Below the pieces are notes generated by a model. The model did no database searches. It was not told the origin of the DNA and saw only the letters and a program-made list of their open reading frames with translations. This document shows, piece after piece, positions 17,564-26,269 of a stretch of 64,000 bases of DNA (positions within the stretch are counted from its first letter, which is position 1; the number at the start of each line of letters is the position of its first letter). Source of the stretch: an uncultured Bacteroidia bacterium (GTDB lineage: Bacteria; Bacteroidota; Bacteroidia; Bacteroidales; UBA932); NCBI GenBank assembly GCA_902801885.1, contig CADCJX010000001.1:3961-67960 (forward strand), given 5' to 3'. Both the position numbers and the translations under genes were made by a program.

Positions 17564-18439
17564 TTATAATTTCTTGGCTGATTTCTTCACCTCCTCGTGA
17601 TAGAAGTAATTGGCCACCACAGGGAGCTGCCCAAAGCCGCTGCGTTTGGAATCATCGTCCCTGACGTATAACATCCCTTCCCTGGCTGTATATTCCCTGA
17701 GCTGCCGGTCAAGTTCAGTCCAGTAGCTGCGGTCTTTCCTGGAATATATCCTGTAATACAGTTCATCAAGTTCAGGGTGGTTTTCGTGAATCCAGTCCAT
17801 GATGACCGGACGGTAATCTCCGCGCAGGTTCAGATTCTCCAGCCACACGAGGTTGCACTGGTGCTTGGTCCGTTCGATGATGGCCCCCACATCCGTGATG
17901 CCGGGGAAAATGGGTGAAATGAAACAGGTCGTCTCCACGCCGGCCTCATAGAACTGGCGCATGGCCTCCAACCGGCGTTCAATGCTCACGCCTTTATCCA
18001 TGGCCTTCCTAAAGTCTTCGTCCAGCGTATTGATGGACCAGGAGACGCGGGCACCAGGGAAGGTCTTGATCAGGTCCAAGTCCCGAAGGATCAGGTCGCT
18101 TTTGGTGGAAATACTGATCTTGCATCCACTCCCCTGCATCTGCTCAAGGATGGCCCGGGTGCGCTTATATTTGGCTTCATGGGGCTGATAGGGATCAGTC
18201 ACAGAACTGAGGAACAGTTCCCTGCCCTTGTATTTGGAAGGGTCCTTTACCTCCGGCCAGGTCTTTACATCCAGGAAGGTTCCCCAGGGCTCCGGATGGT
18301 TGGTAAAGCGCTTCATGAAGGAAGCATAGCAGTATTTGCAAGCGTGCAGGCATCCCACATAGGGATTCACGGCGTAGTCAGATACGGGGAGGTTGGATTT
18401 GGTAAGGACTGTCTTGACTTCTATTTCTTTGATATTCAT
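17564..18439 (-). CDS. SPL-family (spore photoproduct lyase-like) radical SAM protein
   Basis: NPYVGCLHACKYCYA carries the CX3CX2C radical-SAM motif. The start is set at MNIKEIEV (18439). A 1-nt gap separates it from the downstream DUF5131 gene. Confidence 0.8.
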   Translation of the reverse strand: MNIKEIEVKTVLTKSNLPVSDYAVNPYVGCLHACKYCYASFMKRFTNHPEPWGTFLDVKTWPEVKDPSKYKGRELFLSSVTDPYQPHEAKYKRTRAILEQMQGSGCKISISTKSDLILRDLDLIKTFPGARVSWSINTLDEDFRKAMDKGVSIERRLEAMRQFYEAGVETTCFISPIFPGITDVGAIIERTKHQCNLVWLENLNLRGDYRPVIMDWIHENHPELDELYYRIYSRKDRSYWTELDRQLREYTAREGMLYVRDDDSKRSGFGQLPVVANYFYHEEVKKSAKKL

Positions 18440-18468
18440 ATCTAAGAACCTGAATGTATAAAAATCTT

Positions 18469-19158
18469 TCACTTGCCCTCCAACTCTTTGATACACCACG
18501 AAAAGGCTGCAGCAAGCCTTATATCTCCATCTTGGAAATGGCCTCCGGAATTCCAGGCCAGGGTGCAGTTTCCATCCCCGAGTTGTGCTTTCAGCAGTTC
18601 ATATTCGCCCCTTACACTGTCGCCCACTCGTGCAATCGACCGGTTCTTCACATGCTCCTCCTGGTCTCCCAGGCTCAAGTACACCTTTGCGGTCTTTACC
18701 GGATGAGTTTCAGCAAAGTCAAGCCAGTCCCGGATCCAGAGGGAAGGCGATGCCGCTGCGATAGCAGAAAAACGATTCGTTTGCGAAGAAGACCAGAGGG
18801 CGAAGAGTCCCCCAAGGGAGTAACCACCAAGAATAACGGGCAGTTTTCCGTATTCGTTTTCAAGCGCAGGCAGGAGTGATTCCTCCACATAGCGAAGCGT
18901 ATCGCCGGTCATGGTCCCCACTTCCGGTTTCCGGTTTATGGCATCATCGTGCCAGGGTGTAAGGTCCAGATCCCAGTCGAACACCTGGAAAGCAGCAAGG
19001 ACAAAGGGTACGTCGGTTGTACTGGCAATCAGCTCCGCCGTAGTGTCGAATATACCACGTTCGTGATTTCCCAAAGTCTGGATAAGGAAATACCGGGGCT
19101 CATCGGAGTTGTAAATAAAGCACTCGCGGCCGTTTATGTTGGAAGTTATGTGGCTCAT
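18469..19158 (-). CDS. alpha/beta hydrolase, putative esterase family (esterase D/IroE-like)
   Basis: The GGYSLGGLFALW serine elbow is present, and the overall pattern fits the putative-esterase fold. 229 aa. Confidence 0.75.
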   Translation of the reverse strand: MSHITSNINGRECFIYNSDEPRYFLIQTLGNHERGIFDTTAELIASTTDVPFVLAAFQVFDWDLDLTPWHDDAINRKPEVGTMTGDTLRYVEESLLPALENEYGKLPVILGGYSLGGLFALWSSSQTNRFSAIAAASPSLWIRDWLDFAETHPVKTAKVYLSLGDQEEHVKNRSIARVGDSVRGEYELLKAQLGDGNCTLAWNSGGHFQDGDIRLAAAFSWCIKELEGK

Positions 19159-19164
19159 AGCTTA

Positions 19165-19172
19165 CAAAAATA
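19165..19172 (-). promoter_or_regulatory. -7 promoter box (TATTTTTG on minus strand) heading the esterase/radical-SAM/DUF5131 operon
   Basis: The plus-strand caaaaata sits 7 nt upstream of the ATG at 19158. Confidence 0.4.
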
Positions 19173-19295
19173 ACATTATTTTCCGCAAGTTAGGAGCTGA
19201 CCTCACAGCCCGTCTTTGGAAAACTCTTCAAAAAAGCGACAGGACCGTCTCCCCGTGAATATCGGAATCAGTTTGATTGATTCATTTATAACTAA

Positions 19296-19820
19296 TCACT
19301 TGCCACCGTCTTCAGGGCGTAAGGATAAAGTGACACTGACATCGCCGCCTCCAGCCTTAAGGAAAGTTTTTAGTTCATCGAGAGTCGAATACTGTATCTT
19401 CCCAAGGCGTGTATAGTTCCAGAAATTACTGCCATAGAAGAGAACGATCTGGTTGCCGCTATAAAGGATAACATCCCCAGCCTGAGTAGTAATCTGCGAA
19501 TTGGCAGTGGGAAGTGAACGTCCTAAAGCACCGACCTTTTCAAATCCACCATAATCACTGGCTCTGTAAGTTATAGGTGACACCTTAAGTGCCGTTACAA
19601 GTTCTCTCGTGGCAACATTGTTTTCTAAGACAATCTGGAGTGTCACTCCGGAAATGGTTATAGTGATCTTTTCTGGCATCGTTGTCTCACCGTTTTCTTG
19701 TTCCTGCTTTTCTTCCTGAATGGGTCTGTAACTTGTCGGATCCTCCTTCGTACACGATAGCAGGGCCAGGAGCGACAATGCCGTCCCAAGCCCTACAAGA
19801 ATATTCAGAATCGTCCTCAT
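19296..19820 (-). CDS. cyclophilin-like fold lipoprotein
   Basis: The lipobox is LLALLSCTKE. The body reads ..ITITISGVTLQIVLENNVATRELV..GDVILYSGNQIVLFYGSN.., typical of the cyclophilin-like family. The start is set at MRTILN (19820). Confidence 0.7.
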   Translation of the reverse strand: MRTILNILVGLGTALSLLALLSCTKEDPTSYRPIQEEKQEQENGETTMPEKITITISGVTLQIVLENNVATRELVTALKVSPITYRASDYGGFEKVGALGRSLPTANSQITTQAGDVILYSGNQIVLFYGSNFWNYTRLGKIQYSTLDELKTFLKAGGGDVSVTLSLRPEDGGK

Positions 19821-20008
19821 ACTATTATCATGATTTGTCAACGCAACAAAGGTACGTTCAATACAGGTAAAAAATGTACAAATAATCGCTGAATAAATAC
19901 CAATTTCGCAGATTTTAATAGATCGTCGATATAATGCCGGTGGAAAAATATGTGTAAAACTATTTAAACTTCTTCCAATAAGGGGTTGCACAGATGCTGT
20001 CTAGAAAG

Positions 20009-20016
20009 TAACTTTG
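20009..20016 (+). promoter_or_regulatory. -7 promoter box TAACTTTG
   Basis: It sits 5 nt upstream of the ATG at 20021. Confidence 0.4.
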
Positions 20017-20020
20017 CAGC

Positions 20021-21970
20021 ATGATTCTAACTGTCTTGAAACTCCTCGGCTGCATCGCTCTCCTCATGTATGGCATGAAAGTGATGAGTGAGGCCCTGCA
20101 GAAAATGGCCGGTCCTGGCCTTCGTCACATTCTAGGTGCCATGACTACCAACCGCTTCACCGGCGTTCTCACCGGTATGCTTGTCTGCGTTGCGGTACAG
20201 TCTTCGGCAGCTACGACCTTGATGACGGTTTCTTTCGTCAACGCTGCACTGCTAAGCCTTTCACAGGCAATCTCAGTGATTATGGGAGCCAACATCGGAA
20301 CCACCTTGTCCGCTTGGATAATGTCGGCCGGTTTCTCATTCAACATCACCAATCTGGTCTGGCCTGTTTTCCTCGTCGCCGTTGTTCTGATACAAATGCG
20401 CAAGCGCAGGTATCTTGGTGATTTCCTCTTCGGTCTGGCATTCCTGTTCTTCGCCCTTGGGACCCTGAACGCTACAGGCCGTGAAATGGACCTCGCACAC
20501 AACGAGGGTGTAGTGAACTTCTTCTCCTCTTTTGATTCCGGGAGTTACCTGACAATCCTTTTGTTCATCATTATAGGAGCCATCCTTACATGCATTGCGC
20601 AGTCTTCTGCGGCCCTGATGGCAATCACGATGGTTCTCTGTACGAGTGGTGTTCTAACCATTTACCAGGGTATCGCCCTGGTTATGGGCGAGAACATCGG
20701 CACGACCGTCACAGCCAACATCGCTGCATTGTCTGCAAATACCCAGGCAAGGAGAGCAGCCCTGGCGCACCTGGTTTTCAATGTTTTCGGCGTACTTTGG
20801 GTGCTGACTATATTCTATCCCTTCGTAAATGCGGCATGCCACATTGTAGATGTAGACCCGCACTCCGATTCTCAAAGCCCTGCCCGCCTGTCTTTCGTAC
20901 TGGCCATGTTCCACACTATGTTCAACGTGACCAACACAATGATACTCATCTGGTTCATACCTCAGATTGAAAAACTTGTAAGTAAGTTGATTCCCCAGAA
21001 GGACAGTGACGAAGGCTTCAAACTCAAATACATCCAAAGCGGTATCATCAAGACTCCTGAAATCTCAATTCTCCAGGCACAGAAGGAAACCGAACTCTTC
21101 GCAGAGAGAATGCGTGGAATGTTTGCCGAAGTACGTGACCTTTATACTATTACTGATGCTGATGCGTTTGAGAAGAAGGCTCTCCGAATAAAGGAGATGG
21201 AAGAAATGAGCGACCGTCTCGAAAGCGAGATCGGAGGCTACCTTGCCCAGGTCGGTAACGCCCACCTGAGTGATGACACCAAGCGCAAGGTACGCAGCCT
21301 GCTTCGCGAGGTCAGCGAGTTGGAGAGCATCGGTGACAGTTTGTTCAACCTGTCCCGCACCATGGAGAGAAAACGCAGCCAAAAGGCCGAGTTCACTCCT
21401 ACCCAGGATCAAGGCATCTCAGACATGTTCACCTTCCTGGATGAGGCTATGGCCAATATGGAAGGGGTCCTGAAGGGTACTGCTGAATTTGAAGTCTCCC
21501 AGGAATGCGAGAACAATATCGACTCACTTCGCAATACTCTCCGGGCCAAGAACGCCGAGTACGTTGACGAAGGTGTGTACAGTTTTGCTGTCGGGACAGT
21601 ATTCATTGACCTGATCCGTGAATGTGAAAAGTGCGGTGACTACGTGATGAATGTTGTGGAAGCCAAGCTCGGCAAACGTGACAATGCCCCTGAAACCGGG
21701 TCGATCCAGATCGACGTTGTACAGAAAACAGCGGCCATAGATGGAATGCTACTCGACCTCACCCGCCCTGAATTCGAACTGTTGAGCCTTTTCACATCCA
21801 ATCCTGGCCGGGTTTTCTCAAGCAGTGAACTTGCGGAACTTGTCTGGCCTAAAGATGTTGCAGCAGGTGAGAAAGTCGTGGACAGGGACATCCGTCATAT
21901 CCGCGCCAAATTAGGCAACCTCGCCGAGCACATCCACATCAAGGGCGGTGACGGATACTATTACGAATAA
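20021..21970 (+). CDS. Na/Pi cotransporter family protein with PhoU-like domain and C-terminal OmpR/PhoB-type winged-helix domain
   Basis: It has duplicated Na_Pi_cotrans motifs (..QSSAATTLMTVSFV.. and ..QSSAALMAITMVL..) and PhoU-like helices (..ELESIGDSLFNL.., ..CEKCGDYVMNVVEA..). The last 90 aa (21698-21967) read IQIDVVQKTAAIDGMLLDLTRPEFELLSLFTSNPGRVFSSSELAELVWP..VVDRDIRHIRAKLG..IHIKGGDGYYYE, which fits a Trans_reg_C pattern. Confidence 0.85.
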   Translation: MILTVLKLLGCIALLMYGMKVMSEALQKMAGPGLRHILGAMTTNRFTGVLTGMLVCVAVQSSAATTLMTVSFVNAALLSLSQAISVIMGANIGTTLSAWIMSAGFSFNITNLVWPVFLVAVVLIQMRKRRYLGDFLFGLAFLFFALGTLNATGREMDLAHNEGVVNFFSSFDSGSYLTILLFIIIGAILTCIAQSSAALMAITMVLCTSGVLTIYQGIALVMGENIGTTVTANIAALSANTQARRAALAHLVFNVFGVLWVLTIFYPFVNAACHIVDVDPHSDSQSPARLSFVLAMFHTMFNVTNTMILIWFIPQIEKLVSKLIPQKDSDEGFKLKYIQSGIIKTPEISILQAQKETELFAERMRGMFAEVRDLYTITDADAFEKKALRIKEMEEMSDRLESEIGGYLAQVGNAHLSDDTKRKVRSLLREVSELESIGDSLFNLSRTMERKRSQKAEFTPTQDQGISDMFTFLDEAMANMEGVLKGTAEFEVSQECENNIDSLRNTLRAKNAEYVDEGVYSFAVGTVFIDLIRECEKCGDYVMNVVEAKLGKRDNAPETGSIQIDVVQKTAAIDGMLLDLTRPEFELLSLFTSNPGRVFSSSELAELVWPKDVAAGEKVVDRDIRHIRAKLGNLAEHIHIKGGDGYYYE

Positions 21971-21980
21971 GTTGTAGCTA

Positions 21981-22424
21981 TCAGTCATCGATGTTTATCA
22001 GTTGATCCTTCTTGTCAAACTTCAACTCCAAGTCATTATCAAGTTCGATTTCGGTTCCGAAAGGCTCTTTGTCGATCATGACGATGAATTGGCCGGCAAA
22101 GTTATTATTGACATAGTCGGTTAAAGCAGCTGGGATCAAACCTGACGGCACTGCCTTTCTCTTGCAATCCACCTTGTCCCATACACCTTTAGAACCGAAT
22201 TCTATCTCCGTTCCGTCCTGCAGGATTATTTCGTAGGTGGTACTTATCAGTTTCGAATCTATCTTTACATAAGAGACGGGAACTCCAGGGAAATATTCCT
22301 CGATAAAAGATTTGGCTGACGAAGGAAGATTGTCAGCAGGTACGATCGTTTCCTGGCATGAGATAATTCCCAGCATGGCAAGAATAGTGGTTATTAATAT
22401 AATAAGCATTTTGACTGGTTTCAT
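21981..22424 (-). CDS. PepSY-like (putative beta-lactamase-inhibitor-like) domain protein
   Basis: A signal peptide is followed by ..LPSSAKSFIEEYFPGVPVSYVKID..TYEIILQDGTEIEFGSKGVWDKVDC... Confidence 0.7.
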   Translation of the reverse strand: MKPVKMLIILITTILAMLGIISCQETIVPADNLPSSAKSFIEEYFPGVPVSYVKIDSKLISTTYEIILQDGTEIEFGSKGVWDKVDCKRKAVPSGLIPAALTDYVNNNFAGQFIVMIDKEPFGTEIELDNDLELKFDKKDQLINIDD

Positions 22425-22429
22425 ATTAT

Positions 22430-24112
22430 TTATAGTTTATTGATTTGTAATGACTTGATTGTCTTTGCAATGTTTATCATATGGTCTGCGATACGTTCGG
22501 CATTGGATGAGAGCTCAAGATACTGCGCTCCCACGGAAGGAGTACAGATCCCTTTTTCCATGCGGGATATATGTCCCTCCTCCATCTGCTTGGTATAATC
22601 GTCAATTTCCTCTTCGATCACATTCGCTTTTTCCAGAGAAGCCAGGTCTTCATTCTTATAGGCTGCTATCACATGATCGAATAGTTGATGTATCAGAGTA
22701 AGCAGTTGGGTGATTTCATATTTGGCTTCGTCTGAGAACTGCTGCGAAGAGTCGGCAAGGGCAGTCGCATATTCAACGATATTCTCTGCATAGTCACCGA
22801 TTCTTTCAAGGTCCCTGATGCTTCTGTAAGTACCGGAAAGATAGGCCCTGTCTTTATCTCCAAGCCCACGTTCTCCGCTCAGGTGGACTACGAATGCAAT
22901 TAATTCCTGGTTTATGAAATTCAACTGCCGTTCGTCACGATCGAAAACATTTTTCCCTGCAAAGTCCAGTTGCACTGCCATTTCAAAACTGCGATCCACA
23001 TTCTGTAAGGCAATGTCGGCCATGCGAAGGATTTCTCGTTTGACCTGGCTCACAGCCACAGGCGGAGTGCGAAGCATGTTCTCGTTCACGTAACGTAAAG
23101 TGAATTCAGAATCTTTCGTAATCTGTCTCTCAGGGATCAGTCTTTTCACCATGGCGACCAACAAGCCGGTAAGCGGGAGCATCAGGAGGACCGTCACGAC
23201 ATTGAAGAAGGTATGGAACATGGCAAGCTGTACCTGTGGAGCTGACGGGAACAATCTCTCAAAAATACTCCCGAACGAAACGTCAAACATTCCGAGAGCC
23301 AAAGCTGCAAACATAAACAGTATGACGCCTGAACAGTTGAAAAGCAAATGGATAAGAGCCGTGCGTTTGGCATTGGTACCGCTTGTCACACCGGCAATGA
23401 TGGCGACGATGCAGGAGCCGATGTTGGAACCCATGGTAAGGAAAATACCCTGATTGATGTCGATAAGTCCTGTGACTACCATGGCCAAAGCGATGGAGGT
23501 CATCACAGAGGAACTCTGGATGATGGCGGTTAACAACGTTCCGAGTAAAACCAGGAGCAAAGGATTGCTGATACTGGCAAGGAAAGTCTTGATGCCATCC
23601 AGGGCGGCAAAAGATTCCATTGATCCACTCATCAGTTCCAGACCGACAAAGAGCAATCCGAAGCCTGCCAGAATGCCACCTAAAGTCTTATAGTTGCTTT
23701 TCTTGGAGAACAGACTCAAGAATGCACCCAGTCCGGCGAAAGCTGAGAAGATGACGCTGGTTGACACTGAATTGCCACCGAACATACCCAACGCCACAAT
23801 TTGCGCCGTCACTGTGGTACCGATATTAGCACCATATATGATAGTAGCGGCTTGTGATAGTGAGATAATCCCGGCATTCACAAAACCGATTGTCATAACC
23901 GTCGTAGCTCCGGAACTCTGTATGGCGGCAGTGCCAACGGCACCGATCCCAACACCAAGGAGTTTACTGCCAGAGGCTTTGGAGAAAAGTTTTTTCAGTT
24001 TTTCAGAGCTCGCTGCCTCAAGATTCGAGCTCATCATCTGACACGCTATGAGGAACACACCTATACCTGCAAGCAATGTCAGCAATGAAGTTATTATTGC
24101 TATTGAATTCAT
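22430..24112 (-). CDS. Na/Pi cotransporter family protein with PhoU-like domain (no DNA-binding domain)
   Basis: 560 aa. It has ..QSSGATTVMTIGFV.. / ..QSSSVMTSIALAMV.. and C-terminal ..DLERIGDYAENI.. / ..NAERIADHMINI... Confidence 0.85.
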   Translation of the reverse strand: MNSIAIITSLLTLLAGIGVFLIACQMMSSNLEAASSEKLKKLFSKASGSKLLGVGIGAVGTAAIQSSGATTVMTIGFVNAGIISLSQAATIIYGANIGTTVTAQIVALGMFGGNSVSTSVIFSAFAGLGAFLSLFSKKSNYKTLGGILAGFGLLFVGLELMSGSMESFAALDGIKTFLASISNPLLLVLLGTLLTAIIQSSSVMTSIALAMVVTGLIDINQGIFLTMGSNIGSCIVAIIAGVTSGTNAKRTALIHLLFNCSGVILFMFAALALGMFDVSFGSIFERLFPSAPQVQLAMFHTFFNVVTVLLMLPLTGLLVAMVKRLIPERQITKDSEFTLRYVNENMLRTPPVAVSQVKREILRMADIALQNVDRSFEMAVQLDFAGKNVFDRDERQLNFINQELIAFVVHLSGERGLGDKDRAYLSGTYRSIRDLERIGDYAENIVEYATALADSSQQFSDEAKYEITQLLTLIHQLFDHVIAAYKNEDLASLEKANVIEEEIDDYTKQMEEGHISRMEKGICTPSVGAQYLELSSNAERIADHMINIAKTIKSLQINKL

Positions 24113-24167
24113 CTACGTGGGGTTTTGAAAGTATGACTATATTCCTTCTAATGAGAAGAAATACGGC

Positions 24168-24452
24168 CTATAGCCGAAGGCTGCAATGTGTAAGCCAATG
24201 CCTTTCAAAACAAATAACAACTTTGTTCTGCTCCGGGATGCAGGAACGGCAGTGGCGGGCACCTTGGAAAGTAGACTTGGAAGATTCCAAGGGGAGATTT
24301 TGCACGTTCCGAACAGTCTTGATGACTGCTGCTTCTTCAATATCTTCCAGATCCTCACAACAAACTTCCTGGGCTTGGGAATAGTTCACAATGGAGAAAT
24401 GCTCTGGCATCAATGTCAGAAACAAAGCAAGAAATAGCGTAAGTGCCCTCAT
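24168..24452 (-). CDS. hypothetical small Cys-containing secreted protein
   Basis: 94 aa with a hydrophobic N-terminus MRALTLFLALFLTLM. It lies on the same strand directly upstream of the Na/Pi gene. I recognise no family. Confidence 0.3.
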   Translation of the reverse strand: MRALTLFLALFLTLMPEHFSIVNYSQAQEVCCEDLEDIEEAAVIKTVRNVQNLPLESSKSTFQGARHCRSCIPEQNKVVICFERHWLTHCSLRL

Positions 24453-24523
24453 CGACTTAATCCCTGCAATTATTCTGCCATTGTTTACTCGATTTTAATT
24501 CTTCCTTTCTCGCAAAGAATACT

Positions 24524-24531
24524 TAAATTTG
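24524..24531 (+). promoter_or_regulatory. -7 promoter box TAAATTTG
   Basis: It sits 32 nt upstream of the start at 24563. Confidence 0.4.
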
Positions 24532-24562
24532 ATTATTGGAAACATAGACCAAACCAACTGAT

Positions 24563-24859
24563 ATGGACAAGCTAGCGAGAATTAAAAGAATCTCCGAAAT
24601 GGAGGACAGGTTCGATAAGGTTACAAGCATCCTGGGTGAACTGGACAAAGTTATCAGCGAATATGAGGATGTCAAGGACGACCTCGATTCGCTCAAGGAT
24701 TATATGGGCTCCGGAAAGTGGCAGGAGGATTATGAGGCAGACGAGGCAGGAAAGGTCCCGGCCGATCTCAAACGAGGTGTTCTCTCTGAGGACGGTCTGT
24801 ACAACCTGTTGAACGACGCGGATGTGATTCTCGGCCGTGCACAGGAAGTTTTTAACTGA
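24563..24859 (+). CDS. DUF4298 domain protein
   Basis: 98 aa. It reads ..RISEMEDRFDKV..EYEDVKDDLDSLKDYMGSGKWQEDYEADE..LKRGVLSEDGLYNLL.., typical of DUF4298. Confidence 0.75.
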   Translation: MDKLARIKRISEMEDRFDKVTSILGELDKVISEYEDVKDDLDSLKDYMGSGKWQEDYEADEAGKVPADLKRGVLSEDGLYNLLNDADVILGRAQEVFN

Positions 24860-24860
24860 A

Positions 24861-24877
24861 GCAGACGGACAGTCTGC
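24861..24877 (+). terminator. small hairpin after DUF4298 gene (gcagac-ggaca-gtctgc)
   Basis: A 6-bp perfect stem starts 2 nt after the stop codon. There is no clear U-tract. Confidence 0.3.
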
Positions 24878-25208
24878 TGTCAATGTCGTATTTAAGCTTT
24901 GTTGAACTTGCCCTTGAGCTGCTTGCAGAGGTATTTGCCTGAGGCTTCTTTACCCGAGAAATCGACTTCAGCGAGGACCGTTGGGACAGGATGGTCCAAA
25001 TCCATCACGCGCCTGGCTTCCAGGTTGGGAATCCCCTGCAGTTCATCGGCGTCCATTTCTTCGACGTTGACATAAATCTTTGCATTGGGGAAGTGTCTTA
25101 GTATCTACAAAGATACATGTTTTTGCTCTGATAATCGTTTGCACCAGAATAAACTTGTCATTTGACGAATGGACAATTCTTCGTAAATTAGCGGCTGGGT
25201 TACTCATA

Positions 25209-25646
25209 ATGGAACTGCACAGGAAACTATTCAGCGAACTGACGCTCGACGAACTATACGAACTCCTAAGGATCCGCAGCGATGTATTCGTTGTCGAACA
25301 GGACTGCGTCTATCAGGACATGGACTACGATGATCAGCAGTCCATACATCTATGGTTGACGGAAGGAGGGAAGGTGGTGGCACTGTGCCGTGTCTGCCCG
25401 GCGGGAACTCATATGCAGGAGGTCTCAATCGGCAGGGTCATCACTACCGAACGAGGTAAGGGCTACGGCAAACTGATCATGCAGGAGGGCATAAATGCGG
25501 CGAAAGAGTATTTCGGTGCGGATCGGATAGATATTGAGGCCCAGGAATATGCCAAAGGATTTTACGAGCTGGTAGGTTTCAGGCAGTCTTCCGACCCATT
25601 CATACTGGACGGCATCCCCCACATCAAAATGACCTATAAGGAATAA
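25209..25646 (+). CDS. GNAT family N-acetyltransferase (ElaA-like)
   Basis: It reads FSELTLDELYELLRIRSDVFVVEQDCVYQDMDYDDQQSIHLW..GKGYGKLIMQEG... The start is set at MELHRK (25209). Confidence 0.8.
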   Translation: MELHRKLFSELTLDELYELLRIRSDVFVVEQDCVYQDMDYDDQQSIHLWLTEGGKVVALCRVCPAGTHMQEVSIGRVITTERGKGYGKLIMQEGINAAKEYFGADRIDIEAQEYAKGFYELVGFRQSSDPFILDGIPHIKMTYKE

Positions 25647-25664
25647 TTTAACTCAAAAAGCAAT

Positions 25665-26255
25665 ATGAGTACAACGAACAGACTCCTTATTTCCTTGGCA
25701 CTGGTCAGCATTTTGTTTTCTTCTTGCGCCAACAGGAAGGACAAGACGACTTCCTCTCCAACGGAGGTGCAGGAAACCGAATCCGTTACGGACCAGTATT
25801 TTAAAGCCATCGATAAGTACCTCACCGATGTGGTGGGCAAGGGATATGCATCCGGTGAAGTCACTATCCCCTATTATGACTACATCTCCGTAGATGACAG
25901 CACCGAGGACATCCAGGTCTGGGGAGATTTCTGGGTAGAGAATTACAACATATCCAGTGACACTCTGCTGTTCGTTTCCGGAGGCAACCATTCCGGGAAG
26001 ATGCATGTCAAGAAGAGTTCCGACGGACAGTTCTTTGTATGCGGCTTCGATGCGGTCGGAGACGGGAGTGAATACCTGCCGACCGCAAAGGCGATCTTCG
26101 GCGACAGGTTTGATGATTTCCAGAAAGCTTATTCCGACAATAAGGCCCGCGAAGAAATCCGGAAGTCAGTCATCTCCGAATATACCCACAGTAACAAGCT
26201 CGCGGTCAAGTACTATAAGGACTACGGCTGGCCCGCCATCCGGATTCCTGAGTAA
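25665..26255 (+). CDS. hypothetical lipoprotein
   Basis: The lipobox is ILFSSCANR. 196 aa. I recognise no family. Confidence 0.6.
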   Translation: MSTTNRLLISLALVSILFSSCANRKDKTTSSPTEVQETESVTDQYFKAIDKYLTDVVGKGYASGEVTIPYYDYISVDDSTEDIQVWGDFWVENYNISSDTLLFVSGGNHSGKMHVKKSSDGQFFVCGFDAVGDGSEYLPTAKAIFGDRFDDFQKAYSDNKAREEIRKSVISEYTHSNKLAVKYYKDYGWPAIRIPE

Positions 26256-26269
26256 AACACCGGACGTTT

